From: an uncultured Chloroflexia bacterium
GTDB lineage: Bacteria; Chloroflexota; Limnocylindria; Limnocylindrales; CSP1-4
DNA: 64,000 nucleotides
Direction: 5' to 3'
NCBI GenBank assembly: GCA_963748625.1
Contig: CAVVJT010000002.1
Coordinates: 1-64,000 of the forward strand
The notes beneath the pieces are model-generated. The model was given only the letters and a program-made list of their open reading frames with translations, was not told the origin of the DNA and made no database searches. Positions 54,101 through 64,000 of this stretch are shown piece after piece. How positions within the stretch are numbered: position 1 is the first letter of the stretch; each line of letters starts with the position of its first letter. The position numbers and the translations under genes are program-made.

Positions 54101-57100
54101 CACGTCACCGGCCCGTTCGGGTACGACGAGATCGTCCTGGACAACGCCGCCCCCGACGCCGACCCGGTCGCCGGTCAGTTCCTCCTCGAGGACCTGAAGC
54201 TCGGCACCTACGAGGTCCAGGAGACCCAGGCGCCCGACGGCTACATCCTCGACGCCGACAAGCAGTCCGCCAGCGTGACCGTCGAGGATCCCTCGGCCGT
54301 TATCGAGGCCCCGTTCGTCAACACCCTCGGCGAGCTGACCTGGACCAAGGACAAGGGCGACGAGAAGAGCACGCCGCTTGGCGGCGCGACCTTCAGCGTC
54401 GAGCCCCAACCCCTACACGGGCATCGGCAGCCTGATGGTTGTCGACGATGGTCCGTTCGACCAGGACGACACGGACGGCACCATCCGCCTGATCAACGTC
54501 CCGGTCGGGACGTACGCCGTGACCGAGACCGCGGCTCCCGAGGGCTACACGCTCGACGAGGGCTCCTGCGAGATCACGGTCGATTCCGAGAATCCCACGG
54601 GCACGCCCGCGTGCTCGTTCAGCAACCCGCCCATCCCGCCGGCGATCTCGATCGTCAAGACGGCCGGCACCTCTGAGGCCGTTCAGGTTGCCGATGGCGG
54701 CACCCTCAAGGTCGAGTCCTTCAAGAAGAACGTCACCTACAAGTACGTCGTCACGAACACCGGCAACGTCGGCCTCGTCAACGTGACCGTGAGCGACGAC
54801 AAGCTCGGTGACATCACATGCCCGCAGACGACGCTGGCCGCGAAGGACGACCAGTCCGATGCCGACGAGATGACCTGCTACGCCACGCCGCTTGATGGCA
54901 TCACCGCCGACACGACCAACATCGCGACGGCGAAGGGCTTCAGCATCGGCGAAGGGACGGAGGTCTCCGATACCGACGATGCAATCGTCGAGATCGTCGG
55001 GCCCGCCATCACCGTCGTGAAGACCGCCGGCGCGTCCGCCGGCAGCCAGGTCGCCGACGACACCGACTATGAGACCGAGGCGTTCCCGTCGAACGTCACG
55101 TACAGCTACCTCGTCACCAACACCGGGACGACCACGCTGGTCACCGTCTCCCTGAGCGACGACAAGCTGGGTAGCATCACGTGCCCGAAGACGGCCCTCG
55201 TGGTCGGCGAGAGCATGACGTGCACCGCGACGACGACCGTGCTCGTCGACACGCCGAACATCGGCACCGCCACGGGCACCTCGGCCGCTGGCGCCACCAA
55301 GACGGCGACCGACCCGGCCATGGTCGTGATCCTCACGCCGTCGATCTCCATCGTGAAGACGGCGGGTGACGCCGCGAACGGCGACCCGTACTACACCGAC
55401 GGTGGCCCCGTCACCTACACCTACGTCGTGACCAACACCGGCGAGGTGGCGCTGTCGGACGTCGTCGTCACCGACGACAAGCTGCCCACTGTCACCTGCC
55501 CGCAGGACACCCTGGCCATCGGCGAGTCGATGACCTGCACCGCGACCGGCACCATCACCGTCGACACGACGAACGTAGGCTCGGTCGAAGGCAAGACGCC
55601 CCACAAGACGGTCACTGACACGGATGACGCCGTCGTTCTTGTCCGCGACGCCTCCATCGAGAAGACCAACGACGCCACGGGCACGAAGGCCCCCGGCGAC
55701 ACCGTGGCCTACACGATCACGCTTGACGTGGTCAACGGCCCGATCCCGGCCCTGACCGTGGTCGACACCCTGCCGGCCAACTTCGGGACACCCAGCGCCA
55801 TCTCCGACGGCGGTGTCTACGACTCCGTCAAGAACGAGATCACCTGGAAGCTGACCAACGTGGCCGACGGCGAGGTCCTGACCTACTCGGTCGAGATCGC
55901 CACGACCACCCAGGGCGGGGACTACGTCAACACCGCCGAGATCACGGAAGGCCCGTGCGCCACGACGTGCGACGACGACTCCACCGTGCCGGTGTGGCGC
56001 GTCGCCATCGAGAAGACCAACGACGCCACGGGCACGAAGGCCCCCGGCGACACTGTGGCCTACACCCTCACCCTCGACGTCCAGAACGGCCCGATCGCGG
56101 CCATGAAGGTGGTCGACACCCTGCCGGCCAACTTCGGGACGCCCAGCGCCATCTCCGACGGCGGTGTCTATGACGCCGCCACCCGGACGATCACCTGGAC
56201 CCTGGCCGACGTGGCCGACGGCGAGACCCTGACCTACTCGGTCGAGATCGCCACGACCACCCAGGGCGGGGACTACGTCAACACCGCCGAGATCACGGAA
56301 GGCCCGTGCGTCGCCGGCGAGTGCGACGACGACTCCACCGTGCCGGTGTGGCGCGTCGCCATCGAGAAGGCCAACGACGCGGAAGCGCCGCTCCTCGAGG
56401 GTGACAACGTTCACTACACCCTGACCTTCGACGTCCAGAACGGGCCGATCACCAGCATGACGGTGACCGACACGCTGCCCGCCGAGGTCGTCAACCCGCG
56501 CGACTTCAGCGTCGCCCCCGCGTCCGTCGTGGGCCAGGTCATCACCTGGAACCTCTCGAACGTGGCCGACGGCGCCACCATCACCTACACCGCCACCATC
56601 GCCGACGGCACCGCCGCCGGGAGCTACACCAACGTGGCCGAGATCACCGACGGCCCGTGCGTCGCCGGCGACTGCGATGACGACTCCACCGTGCGGGTGG
56701 TCACCGCCTCGATCAGCCTGGTCAAGACCGCTGGCAACGCTGCCGACGGGACGACCCTCAGGGTCGACAAGCCGGGCAACGTGATCTTCACGTACGTCGT
56801 GAAGAACACCGGCACCGCAGACCTCGAGAACCTCGAGCTCATCGATGACAACGCCACCCCGGCGAACACCACCGACGACGTCAAGGTCACCTGCCCGAGC
56901 ACGACGCTCGCGGCCGGAGCTTCGATGACCTGCACCGCCACCCTGCCGGTGGTCGTCGGGTCCAGGACCAACATCGCCGTGGTCACTGCCAACCCGGAGC
57001 TCGACAACGAGACCGAGGTCAGCGACAGCGATGACGCCGTCGTCCTGGTTCCGGAGCCGGTGAAGCCGACCCCGAAGCCGACGCCGAAGGTCACCCCGCC

Positions 57101-57251
57101 CCCCACGTCCACCATCGACGGCACGGACAACGGCACGACCGGCACCACCGGCCTGCTGCTCGTCTTCGCCGCCCTCGCCGGGCTCATGCTCGCGGTCGGG
57201 TACCTCAACCCGGCCCGCGCCACGGCCCGCAAGCGGAGCCGCAGGGGCTAG
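51197..57251 (+). CDS. Second large surface protein with many SpaA/Cna-B-like and DUF11-like repeats and the same anchor (frameshift near 54405)
   Basis: GGGAGG RBS region and a signal peptide. ORFs 51197..54676 and 54378..57251 join at FSVEP/NPYTG. Confidence 0.8.
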
Positions 57252-57360
57252 CCCCTGACGGCACCGGGGCCGGTCACCGGCCGGCCCCGGGCCACCCGCA
57301 CCCAACCCTTGGGGTCCCCGAGACCCGGACGGGACGCACCCGCCTGAGTGCGTCCCGTCT
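56354..57360 (+). repeat. ~1007-bp direct repeat, copy B
   Basis: See copy A. The offset is 6510 bp. Confidence 0.9.
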
Positions 57361-57493
57361 GCCTCTCCCTTCAGGTAGCAGCTCGCTGCACCACGACAGC
57401 CTTCGTGGAAGATCGCCGACATCGCACCGCAAGCTCTGGCAATTGCCCCCACTGAGCAGTACCGTCCGAAGCTGCGGATAGGACTTATGGGCT

Positions 57494-58194
57494 ATGGAGG
57501 CCTCCACGATGCGCACTCGCTCCGCCGGCTGGATCGCCGGTTCAATTCTCATCGGCGCGGCGATCCTGGCGCCTGCTGCCGCACTTGCCAACGTGCAGAG
57601 CCAGAACATGCCCATCAGCTGGGACCAGGCGAAGCTCGGGTCCGAGGCCCAGTGCTCCGACCTCGACCTGACCGAGGGCCAGGTGTACTGGCACATCCTG
57701 CAGAACCAGGTGTCCGCCAACATCACCACCGGCAAGCTGACCGCCACGTTCCAGGACGCAGGCGTGGTCGGCCCGGTGGACTCGTACCAGAACTCCGGCG
57801 GTACCCTCCACTGGGGCGTGACCACCGGCAAGGACACGGTTCTCGCTTTGTCCACCGACGTGGAGAGCGATGGGAATCTGGTGGTGAGCCACGTCTGCTG
57901 GACCACGCCGCCGAGCAACCCGCCGAGCAACCCGCCGAGCAACCCGCCGAGCACCCGCCGAGCAACCCGCCGAGCAACCCGCCGAGCAACCCGCCGAGCA
58001 ACCCGCCGAGCGCAAGCCCGTCCAGCTCGGTCGAGGCTGTCACCGGCACACCGAGGATCACGCCGCCCCCGACCGACTCGGTGGGCGGTGGCTCTTCCTC
58101 CGGTGACGGCTGGGGCATCGCGATGATCGCCATCGGCGCGCTCGCAGCCTTCGCCCTCCTCGCCAGCCCTGTCCGCCGGCGCCTCAACCGCTAG
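57494..58194 (+). CDS. Secreted protein with a two-Cys domain, (PPSN)n stalk and ITPPPTDS-TM-basic anchor (1-bp deletion in the repeat near 57953)
   Basis: The 12-bp unit CCGCCGAGCAAC occurs about 9 times and one unit lacks an A. The two frames join into a coherent protein. Confidence 0.7.
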
Positions 58195-58243
58195 CTGACG
58201 GTAGGAACCCCCGCAGCGGGGGTCCAGTCGACGCACATGCCAG

Positions 58244-58272
58244 GACCGGGATCCCCCAGGGGGTCCCGGTCT
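58244..58272 (+). terminator. Hairpin after the 57494 gene
   Basis: GACCGGGATCCCC-loop-GGGGTCCCGGTC. Confidence 0.45.
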
Positions 58273-58496
58273 TCTGGTACTGGGAGGACCCCGGACCGGT
58301 ACGAGTGGTGCGAGGAAGCACCGTGTTCGCCTGCGCGATAGCGGACAGGTACGGTCTGGTGGACTCGGGTTAGGACACCAGTACTAGACGGCATGAGTAC
58401 CCATCGTCGAGCATCAGGTCACCGCCGTCAGGCAGCGGGACCGGAGGGCAACAGCCGGTAGTACCACCAGGCACCACGCAGCTCGGGGACCACACG

Positions 58497-59341
58497 ATGA
58501 ACCGCTTCGGGACTTCCACGCGCACCGTCAGTCTCATCGTCGGCGCCGCCATGGCGCTGGCGCTCACGCTGCCGGCCCTTGCGAACGACGGCCACCAGAG
58601 TGGCTGGGGCATCGGCTGGGACGATCCTGACTTCCAGGGGTCCGGTACCGAGTGCGAGGGCGCGAACCTCGACAATGGCGAGGTCCTCTGGCACTTCGTG
58701 CAGACCCAGGTCCCCTCGGGCATCGCGAGCGGTGAGCTGACCGCCACGTACCAGGAGGCCGGCACCCTTACCTCCGACTCCTACAAGAAGGCCGGGTCCG
58801 TCCTGCACTGGGCGGTCATCACAGGACGCGACACGCTCCTCACGTTCAGCTCGGACGTCGTGAGCAATGGCCAGCTGAACCTCAGCCACATCTGCGCCGG
58901 TGACGACGAGGAAGCGTCCTCCTCCCCCTCGCAGGAGCCGTCGGACAAGCCCAGCGACAAGCCGTCGGACAAGCCCAGCGACAAGCCGTCGGACAAGCCC
59001 AGCGACAAGCCGTCGACAAGCCCAGCGACAAGCCGTCCGACAAGCCCAGCGACAAGCCCAGCGACAAGCCGTCGGACAAGCCCAGCGACAAGCCGTCGGA
59101 CAAGCCCAGCGACAAGCCGAGCACCTCGCCCGAGAACGAGAGCCAGAGCCCGTCGGTGAAGCCGTCCAGCTCGGTCGCGGCCGTGACCGGCAAGCCGCAG
59201 ATCACCCCGCCCCCGACCGACTCCGTCGGCGGCAGCAACGGCAGCGGCAACAGCACCGGCTGGCTGCTGGCGGTCGTCGGCCTCGCCGCCCTGGTGGTGA
59301 GCCTGGTCATCCGGACCCCGGCCCGTCGCACGAGCCGGTAA
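58497..59341 (+). CDS. Paralogous secreted protein with a (DKPS)n stalk and ITPPPTDS-TM-basic anchor (1-bp deletion near 59014)
   Basis: C...VLWHFVQ...LTATYQEAG...LHWAV...LSHIC matches the previous gene. 12-bp repeat tract. Confidence 0.7.
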
Positions 59342-59385
59342 CACCCGGGCCGCAGCGCGGCCCCTCGAGCACGCGACCTGGTGTC

Positions 59386-59418
59386 AAGGAGCCGGAGCCT
59401 TCGGGCCCCGGCTCCTTC
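59386..59418 (+). terminator. Intrinsic terminator
   Basis: AAGGAGCCGG-GCC-TTCG-GGC-CCGGCTCCTT hairpin. Confidence 0.55.
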
Positions 59419-59717
59419 GCGTTCGGCGCAACTGCACGCGGGGGGCCGCACGCGGGTGGGCCGCATGGCGCGGCCCGGACGGTCCTCGTCCTGCCCCTAC
59501 CCTGCCCATCGGTACCACCCGGGTCCGGTGCCCACGGGCAACGTTCCTCGGCGTCCATGTGCGGTCTGGTCCGGTCGGGTGCGCAGATAGGGCACCAGAC
59601 GTACTGGACGAGTCCCACGCGGTAGCCGATGCTTCCCTTGACCTGCAGGCAACGGGTCACGGCAAGCCCGTGAGGGCGGCCACGAAGGCATACATCGTCA
59701 GCACGTTCGGGGACACT

Positions 59718-60083
59718 GTGAAGCGATCAGTCATCACGTCGACCGCAATCGCGCTCCTCATGGCACTCGGAGCTGCCACGAGCGTGGTCGCCGCCGACCC
59801 CTCCGTCGACCCCTCTGCCAACCCGGTCATCAGCGAGACGCCGGATCCGAGCGGCGAGATCTCCGTCGACCCCACCTTCACGACACCCAAGCCGGTGGCC
59901 ACGCCGATCAGCGAGGTCATGGGTGCGACGGGTCGTCCTCAGCGGACCCCGCCGCCGACTGACACGATCGGCGAGCCCACCCAGGCGCCGGGCACGGGCC
60001 TCCAGGTCCTGCTCCTGCTCGGTGCTGCCGGTTCCACCCTGGTGCTGATCGCCGGACGGTTGCCTGTCGCCCGGCGTCGCTAG
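59718..60083 (+). CDS. Small secreted Pro/Thr-rich protein with an RTPPPTDT-TM-RRR anchor
   Basis: GTG start, signal peptide ending in VVAA and a C-terminal anchor. Confidence 0.65.
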   Translation: MKRSVITSTAIALLMALGAATSVVAADPSVDPSANPVISETPDPSGEISVDPTFTTPKPVATPISEVMGATGRPQRTPPPTDTIGEPTQAPGTGLQVLLLLGAAGSTLVLIAGRLPVARRR

Positions 60084-60187
60084 CGCGTCGCTGTCCCCGT
60101 AGCGACTTCGACCGGGCCGCGGACTCCGCGGCCCGGTCGTTCCATGTCCAGGACCGCCCGGGGCCGGGCGCAGGCCCTGCCGCCGGC

Positions 60188-60946
60188 TCAGAGGTCGATG
60201 ACCGTCCCCGGCCAGACCATCTCCACGGCGCCTGCGAAGCACGCCCGCGCCGAGGCCAGGGTCGCATCGGGATCGTGGCCCATCTGCAGATGTGTGAGCA
60301 GCGCACGCCCGGCGCCGGTTGCTGCGGCCAGGCGGCCCACCGACGGCCCATCGAGGTGCGGGACGCCGTCCGGGACAGGTCCTGCCCCGAAGGAGACCTC
60401 GGCCAGCACGGTATCCCCCGCCTGCACGAGTGGCGCGACATCGGCCGCCTCACCGCAGTCACCCGAGTACACCAGCCCTGGGCCAGTGCCAGACGCGGGC
60501 GCTACGCGGATGGCGTAGCTCTCGTCGGTGTGGGTGACCAGGCGTGCCGTGACCTCGAGGGTGCCCACCCGGTGGGGACCTGTCCCCAGGGTCTCAGTGT
60601 CCAGCACACCGCTTGAGAACGGGTACGCATGGAGTGCGTCCAGGCGCGCAGCGAGGTCAGCCGGTCCAAGGACGCGCATCCGTCGCGGCGGCTCGAACTC
60701 GTAACGCAGGTAGTGGCGCAGCGGCACCAGGTCGATGAAGTGGTCCGGGTGCAGGTGGCTCACCGCTACGGCATCCAGGGCTTCTGGCGAAACGTGCGGG
60801 AAGATGCGCGGGAAGGAGCCCTGTCCCAGGTCCAGGAGCAGGTGCGTGCCGCCGTCCGAGACCAGGTAGCAGGCTCCCGATGCTCCAGGACGGTCGGTGT
60901 ACGCGGGCCCCGCCCCGAGCACGGTCAGCCGCATGCGCTCCTCCAC
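60188..60946 (-). CDS. MBL-fold metallo-hydrolase (RNase Z-like or cyclic-nucleotide phosphodiesterase-like)
   Basis: LTVLG, LDLGQG, SHLHPDH, YSGDC and LTH. Confidence 0.85.
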   Translation of the reverse strand: MEERMRLTVLGAGPAYTDRPGASGACYLVSDGGTHLLLDLGQGSFPRIFPHVSPEALDAVAVSHLHPDHFIDLVPLRHYLRYEFEPPRRMRVLGPADLAARLDALHAYPFSSGVLDTETLGTGPHRVGTLEVTARLVTHTDESYAIRVAPASGTGPGLVYSGDCGEAADVAPLVQAGDTVLAEVSFGAGPVPDGVPHLDGPSVGRLAAATGAGRALLTHLQMGHDPDATLASARACFAGAVEMVWPGTVIDL

Positions 60947-61031
60947 TGCGTGGTGCTGGCAGGGTAGCGCCAGAGCGCCTGCTGGAGTCGCGGCGCTGCG
61001 CAGCCCGCCCGCGATGGCCGGGCCACCGCGG

Positions 61032-61955
61032 TCAGGGTGAAGGGGACTCCCGGTTTGGGTTGGCCTGGTCGGGCGCGGCGGGGGTCGGACGCGGCTTCGG
61101 CGTGCGCTCCGGCTTCGGCGTGGCCTCGGGCTTGGGCTCCCTGGTGGGCTTGGGCGTGGCCTCGGGCTTGGGCTCCTTGGTGGGCTTCGGCGTGGCCTCG
61201 GGCTCGGGCGTCGGCTTGCCGGCCTGACCCCCGCCTGGCTGCCCGCCGCCCCCGCCTCCGGCGCCGCCCGATCCGCCGCCCGATCCGCCGCCCGCCGACA
61301 CCGTCTCGTCGAGGCGCACGATCAGCGTCTCGCTGTTGGCGATGGCCCGGTCGAGCCCGGCCGCTGCCGACGCCGGTGCATGCGCAAGCACCTCCACCAG
61401 GACGGCCCGGTGCACCCGGATCGCCTCGAGCGCCCGCTCGGCTCCCGGTCCCGTGGCCGATCCCAGCTCCTCGATGGCCTGTCCGTACGCTGCGAGCGAT
61501 GCCTCGAGCGCTCCCTCATCCCCGCGCGTCGACGCATCGACTGCCTCCGCGAGGCGGGTCTGGGCACGGGCGAGCTCCGCCTCCAGGCGTGAAGCTGGAT
61601 CGGAGGGGAGCGCCAGCTCCTCGAGGCCCAGCCGGGCGTCGTAGAGCGGGCCGCCAGCCCGCGAGGCCGCAAGCGTGGTCGAACCCACGAGCAGGCCGGC
61701 CAGCACCGCGGCTGCCAGCGTGCCGCTCAGGCGGCGCATGCTCCAGCCGGCGAACAGCCCTCGACGACGGGGTCCCACCACGGGCGCGCCAGTCCGTTCG
61801 AGGTGGCTCCTCCAGGCCGTGTCCATGATGGCGGCGCGCGCGCGCTTCGACGCGGCCGGGCTGGGATCCAGCCTGACCCGCGCATACCGCGCCAGTGTCC
61901 GTTCGAGCTCGTCCCCCGCGAACTCCTCGTGAACCGCCATCTCGTCCTCGTTCAC
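61032..61955 (-). CDS. Putative membrane anti-sigma factor (DUF5667-like) with a Gly- and Pro/Lys-rich tail
   Basis: Coupled to the ECF sigma gene. One TM helix, GGPLY..RL..E and PEATPKP repeats. Confidence 0.6.
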   Translation of the reverse strand: MNEDEMAVHEEFAGDELERTLARYARVRLDPSPAASKRARAAIMDTAWRSHLERTGAPVVGPRRRGLFAGWSMRRLSGTLAAAVLAGLLVGSTTLAASRAGGPLYDARLGLEELALPSDPASRLEAELARAQTRLAEAVDASTRGDEGALEASLAAYGQAIEELGSATGPGAERALEAIRVHRAVLVEVLAHAPASAAAGLDRAIANSETLIVRLDETVSAGGGSGGGSGGAGGGGGGQPGGGQAGKPTPEPEATPKPTKEPKPEATPKPTREPKPEATPKPERTPKPRPTPAAPDQANPNRESPSP

Positions 61956-62551
61956 CGGGACTCCCCCGCAGCCCTCGGCAGCTCATCGGTCGCCGGGTCG
62001 ATACCCAGCTCCCGACGCAGCGCCGCGATGGCCCGGAACTGGAGACCGCGGACGGTCCCTTCCTGCCGGCCCATGGCCTCGGCTGCCTCCCGCGCGGACA
62101 GGCCCGCGAAGAACCGCAGCTCGATGGCCTCGCGCTGCTCCGGGGTCAGCCTTCGCAGCGCCCTGGCGACGCTCGCCATCTCCTGGCGGATCGCCGCCAG
62201 CTCGTCGGGCCCGTCCTCGTCGGTCGCCTGTTCGGCGATGATGTCGAGGTTCGAGTGTTCGCGACGGGTCCGAACATGGTCGATGACAACATTCCTGGCC
62301 AGCCGGAAGAGCCAGCCCCCGAAGGGGACGCCCCGCGCCTCGTAGCGCGGCAGCGCCTCCAGGGCCTTGACGAAGACGAGCTGCGCCAGGTCCTCCGCGT
62401 CGCTCGGGCGGCCGACGCGGGCGGCGATGAAGCGGTAGACCGGAGCGTGGTAGTGGTCGAACAGCGCCCCGAAGGCATCGGGGTCCCCGTGCTGCGCCCG
62501 TTCCACGAGGCGGTTGACCGCGTCGTCGTCGATCGTCATAACGACCTGCAC
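61952..62551 (-). CDS. ECF (sigma-70 group 4) RNA polymerase sigma factor
   Basis: DAEDLAQLVF, WLFRLARN, LTPEQREAIELRF and GTVR. Confidence 0.92.
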   Translation of the reverse strand: MQVVMTIDDDAVNRLVERAQHGDPDAFGALFDHYHAPVYRFIAARVGRPSDAEDLAQLVFVKALEALPRYEARGVPFGGWLFRLARNVVIDHVRTRREHSNLDIIAEQATDEDGPDELAAIRQEMASVARALRRLTPEQREAIELRFFAGLSAREAAEAMGRQEGTVRGLQFRAIAALRRELGIDPATDELPRAAGESR

Positions 62552-62573
62552 GCCCCCGTGTTAGGTCTCGCGC

Positions 62574-63554
62574 CTAGGACAATGGTCGTAGGGGCAGGGC
62601 GACCGTTTCCCGTTCGCCCCCGCGGCGGAACGTGAGCGCCTCGAACCCGGCGCCTCCGACGTGACGATACGCCTCTGCCAGCCCGTACGCGAACCACGCG
62701 GTCCGGTGCGCGTCCGAGCCCACCGTGACGTGCTGCCCGCCCAGCTCACGGTACCGCGCGACGATCGCGGGTGACGGGTACGTCTCGCGCGCGAGCTGCC
62801 GCAGGCCCGATGCGTTGACCTCCAGCGCCGTCCCGCCCTCGACCATCGCGAGCAGGACCGGCTCGTACAGCTCCGGGGCCGCGGCAAGCTGCGCCGGCAT
62901 CACGTGGGGTACCAGGTAGCGCTTCACGAAGTCCATGTGGCCGATGGTGTCGAACAGGCCGGAGCGCGCCGCGCCGATGACCTCGTCGAAGTAGGGCGCA
63001 ACGATGTCCGGCAGGGACCGCCCGGCGACGAAGCCGCGGACGTTCGACGCCTTGTACGGCGAGACCTCGCTGATGTGGACGCTGCCGATCACGTAGTCGT
63101 GGGGATGGCGCGCCAGCCAGCCCCGGATCTCCTCCTCCAGGCGGCGCTCGTAGGTGACCTCGATGCCGAAGCGGATGGAAAGGCCGCGGTCCGCCCAGCG
63201 CCCAGCCGCCTCGCGCACGTCCCGTTCCCGGTCCAGGTACGACGAGAACCCGTAGGCGGGCATCGTCGGGTCGAAGTCCACGTGGTCGGTGATGGCCAGC
63301 TCCGCGATCCCCCGTTCGACCGCAAGCACGCAGTAGGCCTCGAGCATGGCGTTCGCGTCCGGCGAGCGCACCGTGTGCAGGTGGCTGTCGAGCGGCAGGT
63401 CGCGCGAGTCACCCAGACCCGCGGCAATGCCCGCGAGGTACACGTCGTGCTCGATGTCGGCGCGAGGGCGCGTATCGGCGGGGTCGGGGGTGCCGACGGG
63501 TCCTGCGGGTGCGGTGTGGCCCGAGTGCCGGTGGCCGTGATGGCGGCTGCTCAC
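62574..63554 (-). CDS. PHP-domain histidinol-phosphatase HisJ family protein
   Basis: DSHLHT, ITDH, GIEV, IGSVH, GHMD, EVNASG and GSDAH. Confidence 0.8.
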   Translation of the reverse strand: MSSRHHGHRHSGHTAPAGPVGTPDPADTRPRADIEHDVYLAGIAAGLGDSRDLPLDSHLHTVRSPDANAMLEAYCVLAVERGIAELAITDHVDFDPTMPAYGFSSYLDRERDVREAAGRWADRGLSIRFGIEVTYERRLEEEIRGWLARHPHDYVIGSVHISEVSPYKASNVRGFVAGRSLPDIVAPYFDEVIGAARSGLFDTIGHMDFVKRYLVPHVMPAQLAAAPELYEPVLLAMVEGGTALEVNASGLRQLARETYPSPAIVARYRELGGQHVTVGSDAHRTAWFAYGLAEAYRHVGGAGFEALTFRRGGERETVALPLRPLS

Positions 63555-64000
63555 CCGGCGATCACGCCCAGCTCGCGGCCGACCTTCCCGAACGCCTCGA
63601 GGGCCGTGTCGAGCAGCTCGTCCGTGTGGGCGGCCGTGACGATGGTGCGGATGCGGGACTTGTCCATGGGGACCGTCGGGAAGACCACCGATGTGCCGAA
63701 GACGCCCTCCTCGAACAGGCGGTTCGAGAAGCGGATGGTCGTCGCGGGATCGCCCAGCATCACCGGGGTGATCGGCGTCTCGCTGCGTCCGATGTCGAAG
63801 CCCAGGCGGGCGAGCTCGGCCTTGAAGCGGCGCGTGTTGGCCCACAGGCGCTCGATCAGCTCGGGCTCCTCCACCATGATCCGGATCGCCTCGCGGCAGG
63901 GCTCCGCGACGGCCGGTGGGTGGCTGGTCGAGAACAGGAAGGGTCGAGCGCGCTGGGTCAGGATGTCGCGCAGGGCCGAGGACCCGGCCACATACCCGCC
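63551..64000 (-). CDS. Glycine C-acetyltransferase / AONS family PLP enzyme (3' part; truncated by the window edge)
   Basis: RARPFLFSTS, SETPITPV and FPTVP..KSRIR. Confidence 0.8.
   Translation of the reverse strand, partial: GGYVAGSSALRDILTQRARPFLFSTSHPPAVAEPCREAIRIMVEEPELIERLWANTRRFKAELARLGFDIGRSETPITPVMLGDPATTIRFSNRLFEEGVFGTSVVFPTVPMDKSRIRTIVTAAHTDELLDTALEAFGKVGRELGVIAG

Noticed and set aside
49844-57360. 1-kb repeat pair as a diversity-generating retroelement TR/VR or a composite transposon
   Set aside because: There are no adenine-specific mismatches and no reverse transcriptase or transposase. Both copies are coding gene ends.
23301-57452. Long antisense ORFs (for example 23301..25490, 34088..35932, 51278..54409, 54393..57452)
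   Set aside because: They are shadow ORFs of high-GC genes on the opposite strand and carry no recognisable motifs.
57908-59120. 12-bp tandem arrays as CRISPR or non-coding satellites
   Set aside because: They are coding tetrapeptide linkers (PPSN and DKPS).
2525-59341. Many apparent pseudogenes (frameshifts near 2728, 5400-5650, 6600, 20390, 20530, 29235, 33400-33690, 54405, 57953 and 59014)
   Set aside because: These are isolated indels in otherwise intact genes with no in-frame stop accumulation, which is most consistent with long-read consensus errors. I did not call them pseudogenes or programmed frameshifts.

Overview
High-GC bacterial chromosomal window. The gene content and the GAAC-N4-GTTC LexA boxes suggest a monoderm, possibly Chloroflexota (inference only). 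It holds about 55 genes: a cell-envelope glycosylation and acylation group; dnaB, lexA, rplI and dinB; a dispersed histidine-utilisation pathway linked to folate one-carbon metabolism (hutH, hutU, hutI, split FTCD, folD, fhs); argS; five surface proteins sharing a C-terminal TPPPT[D/S]-TM-basic tail; and an ECF sigma/anti-sigma pair. The top candidate for an undescribed system is the minus-strand locus at about 5.9-13.4 kb. It encodes a MalT/SARP-like regulator, two tiny RBS-preceded peptide ORFs missed by the ORF track (MAPDKAYKGW and MKDRLMRLLAALSAVAAMALAGGASLKGF), a multi-TM HD-GYP phosphodiesterase and a DUF5317-like domain fused to an MFS transporter. This looks like a peptide quorum-sensing circuit with a cyclic-dinucleotide output. 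A rare ACTAGTAC motif occurs upstream of this locus and of the surface-protein genes. A CTAG-bounded MITE-like repeat of about 370 bp occurs 4-5 times. Many isolated frameshifts are probably sequencing or assembly errors.
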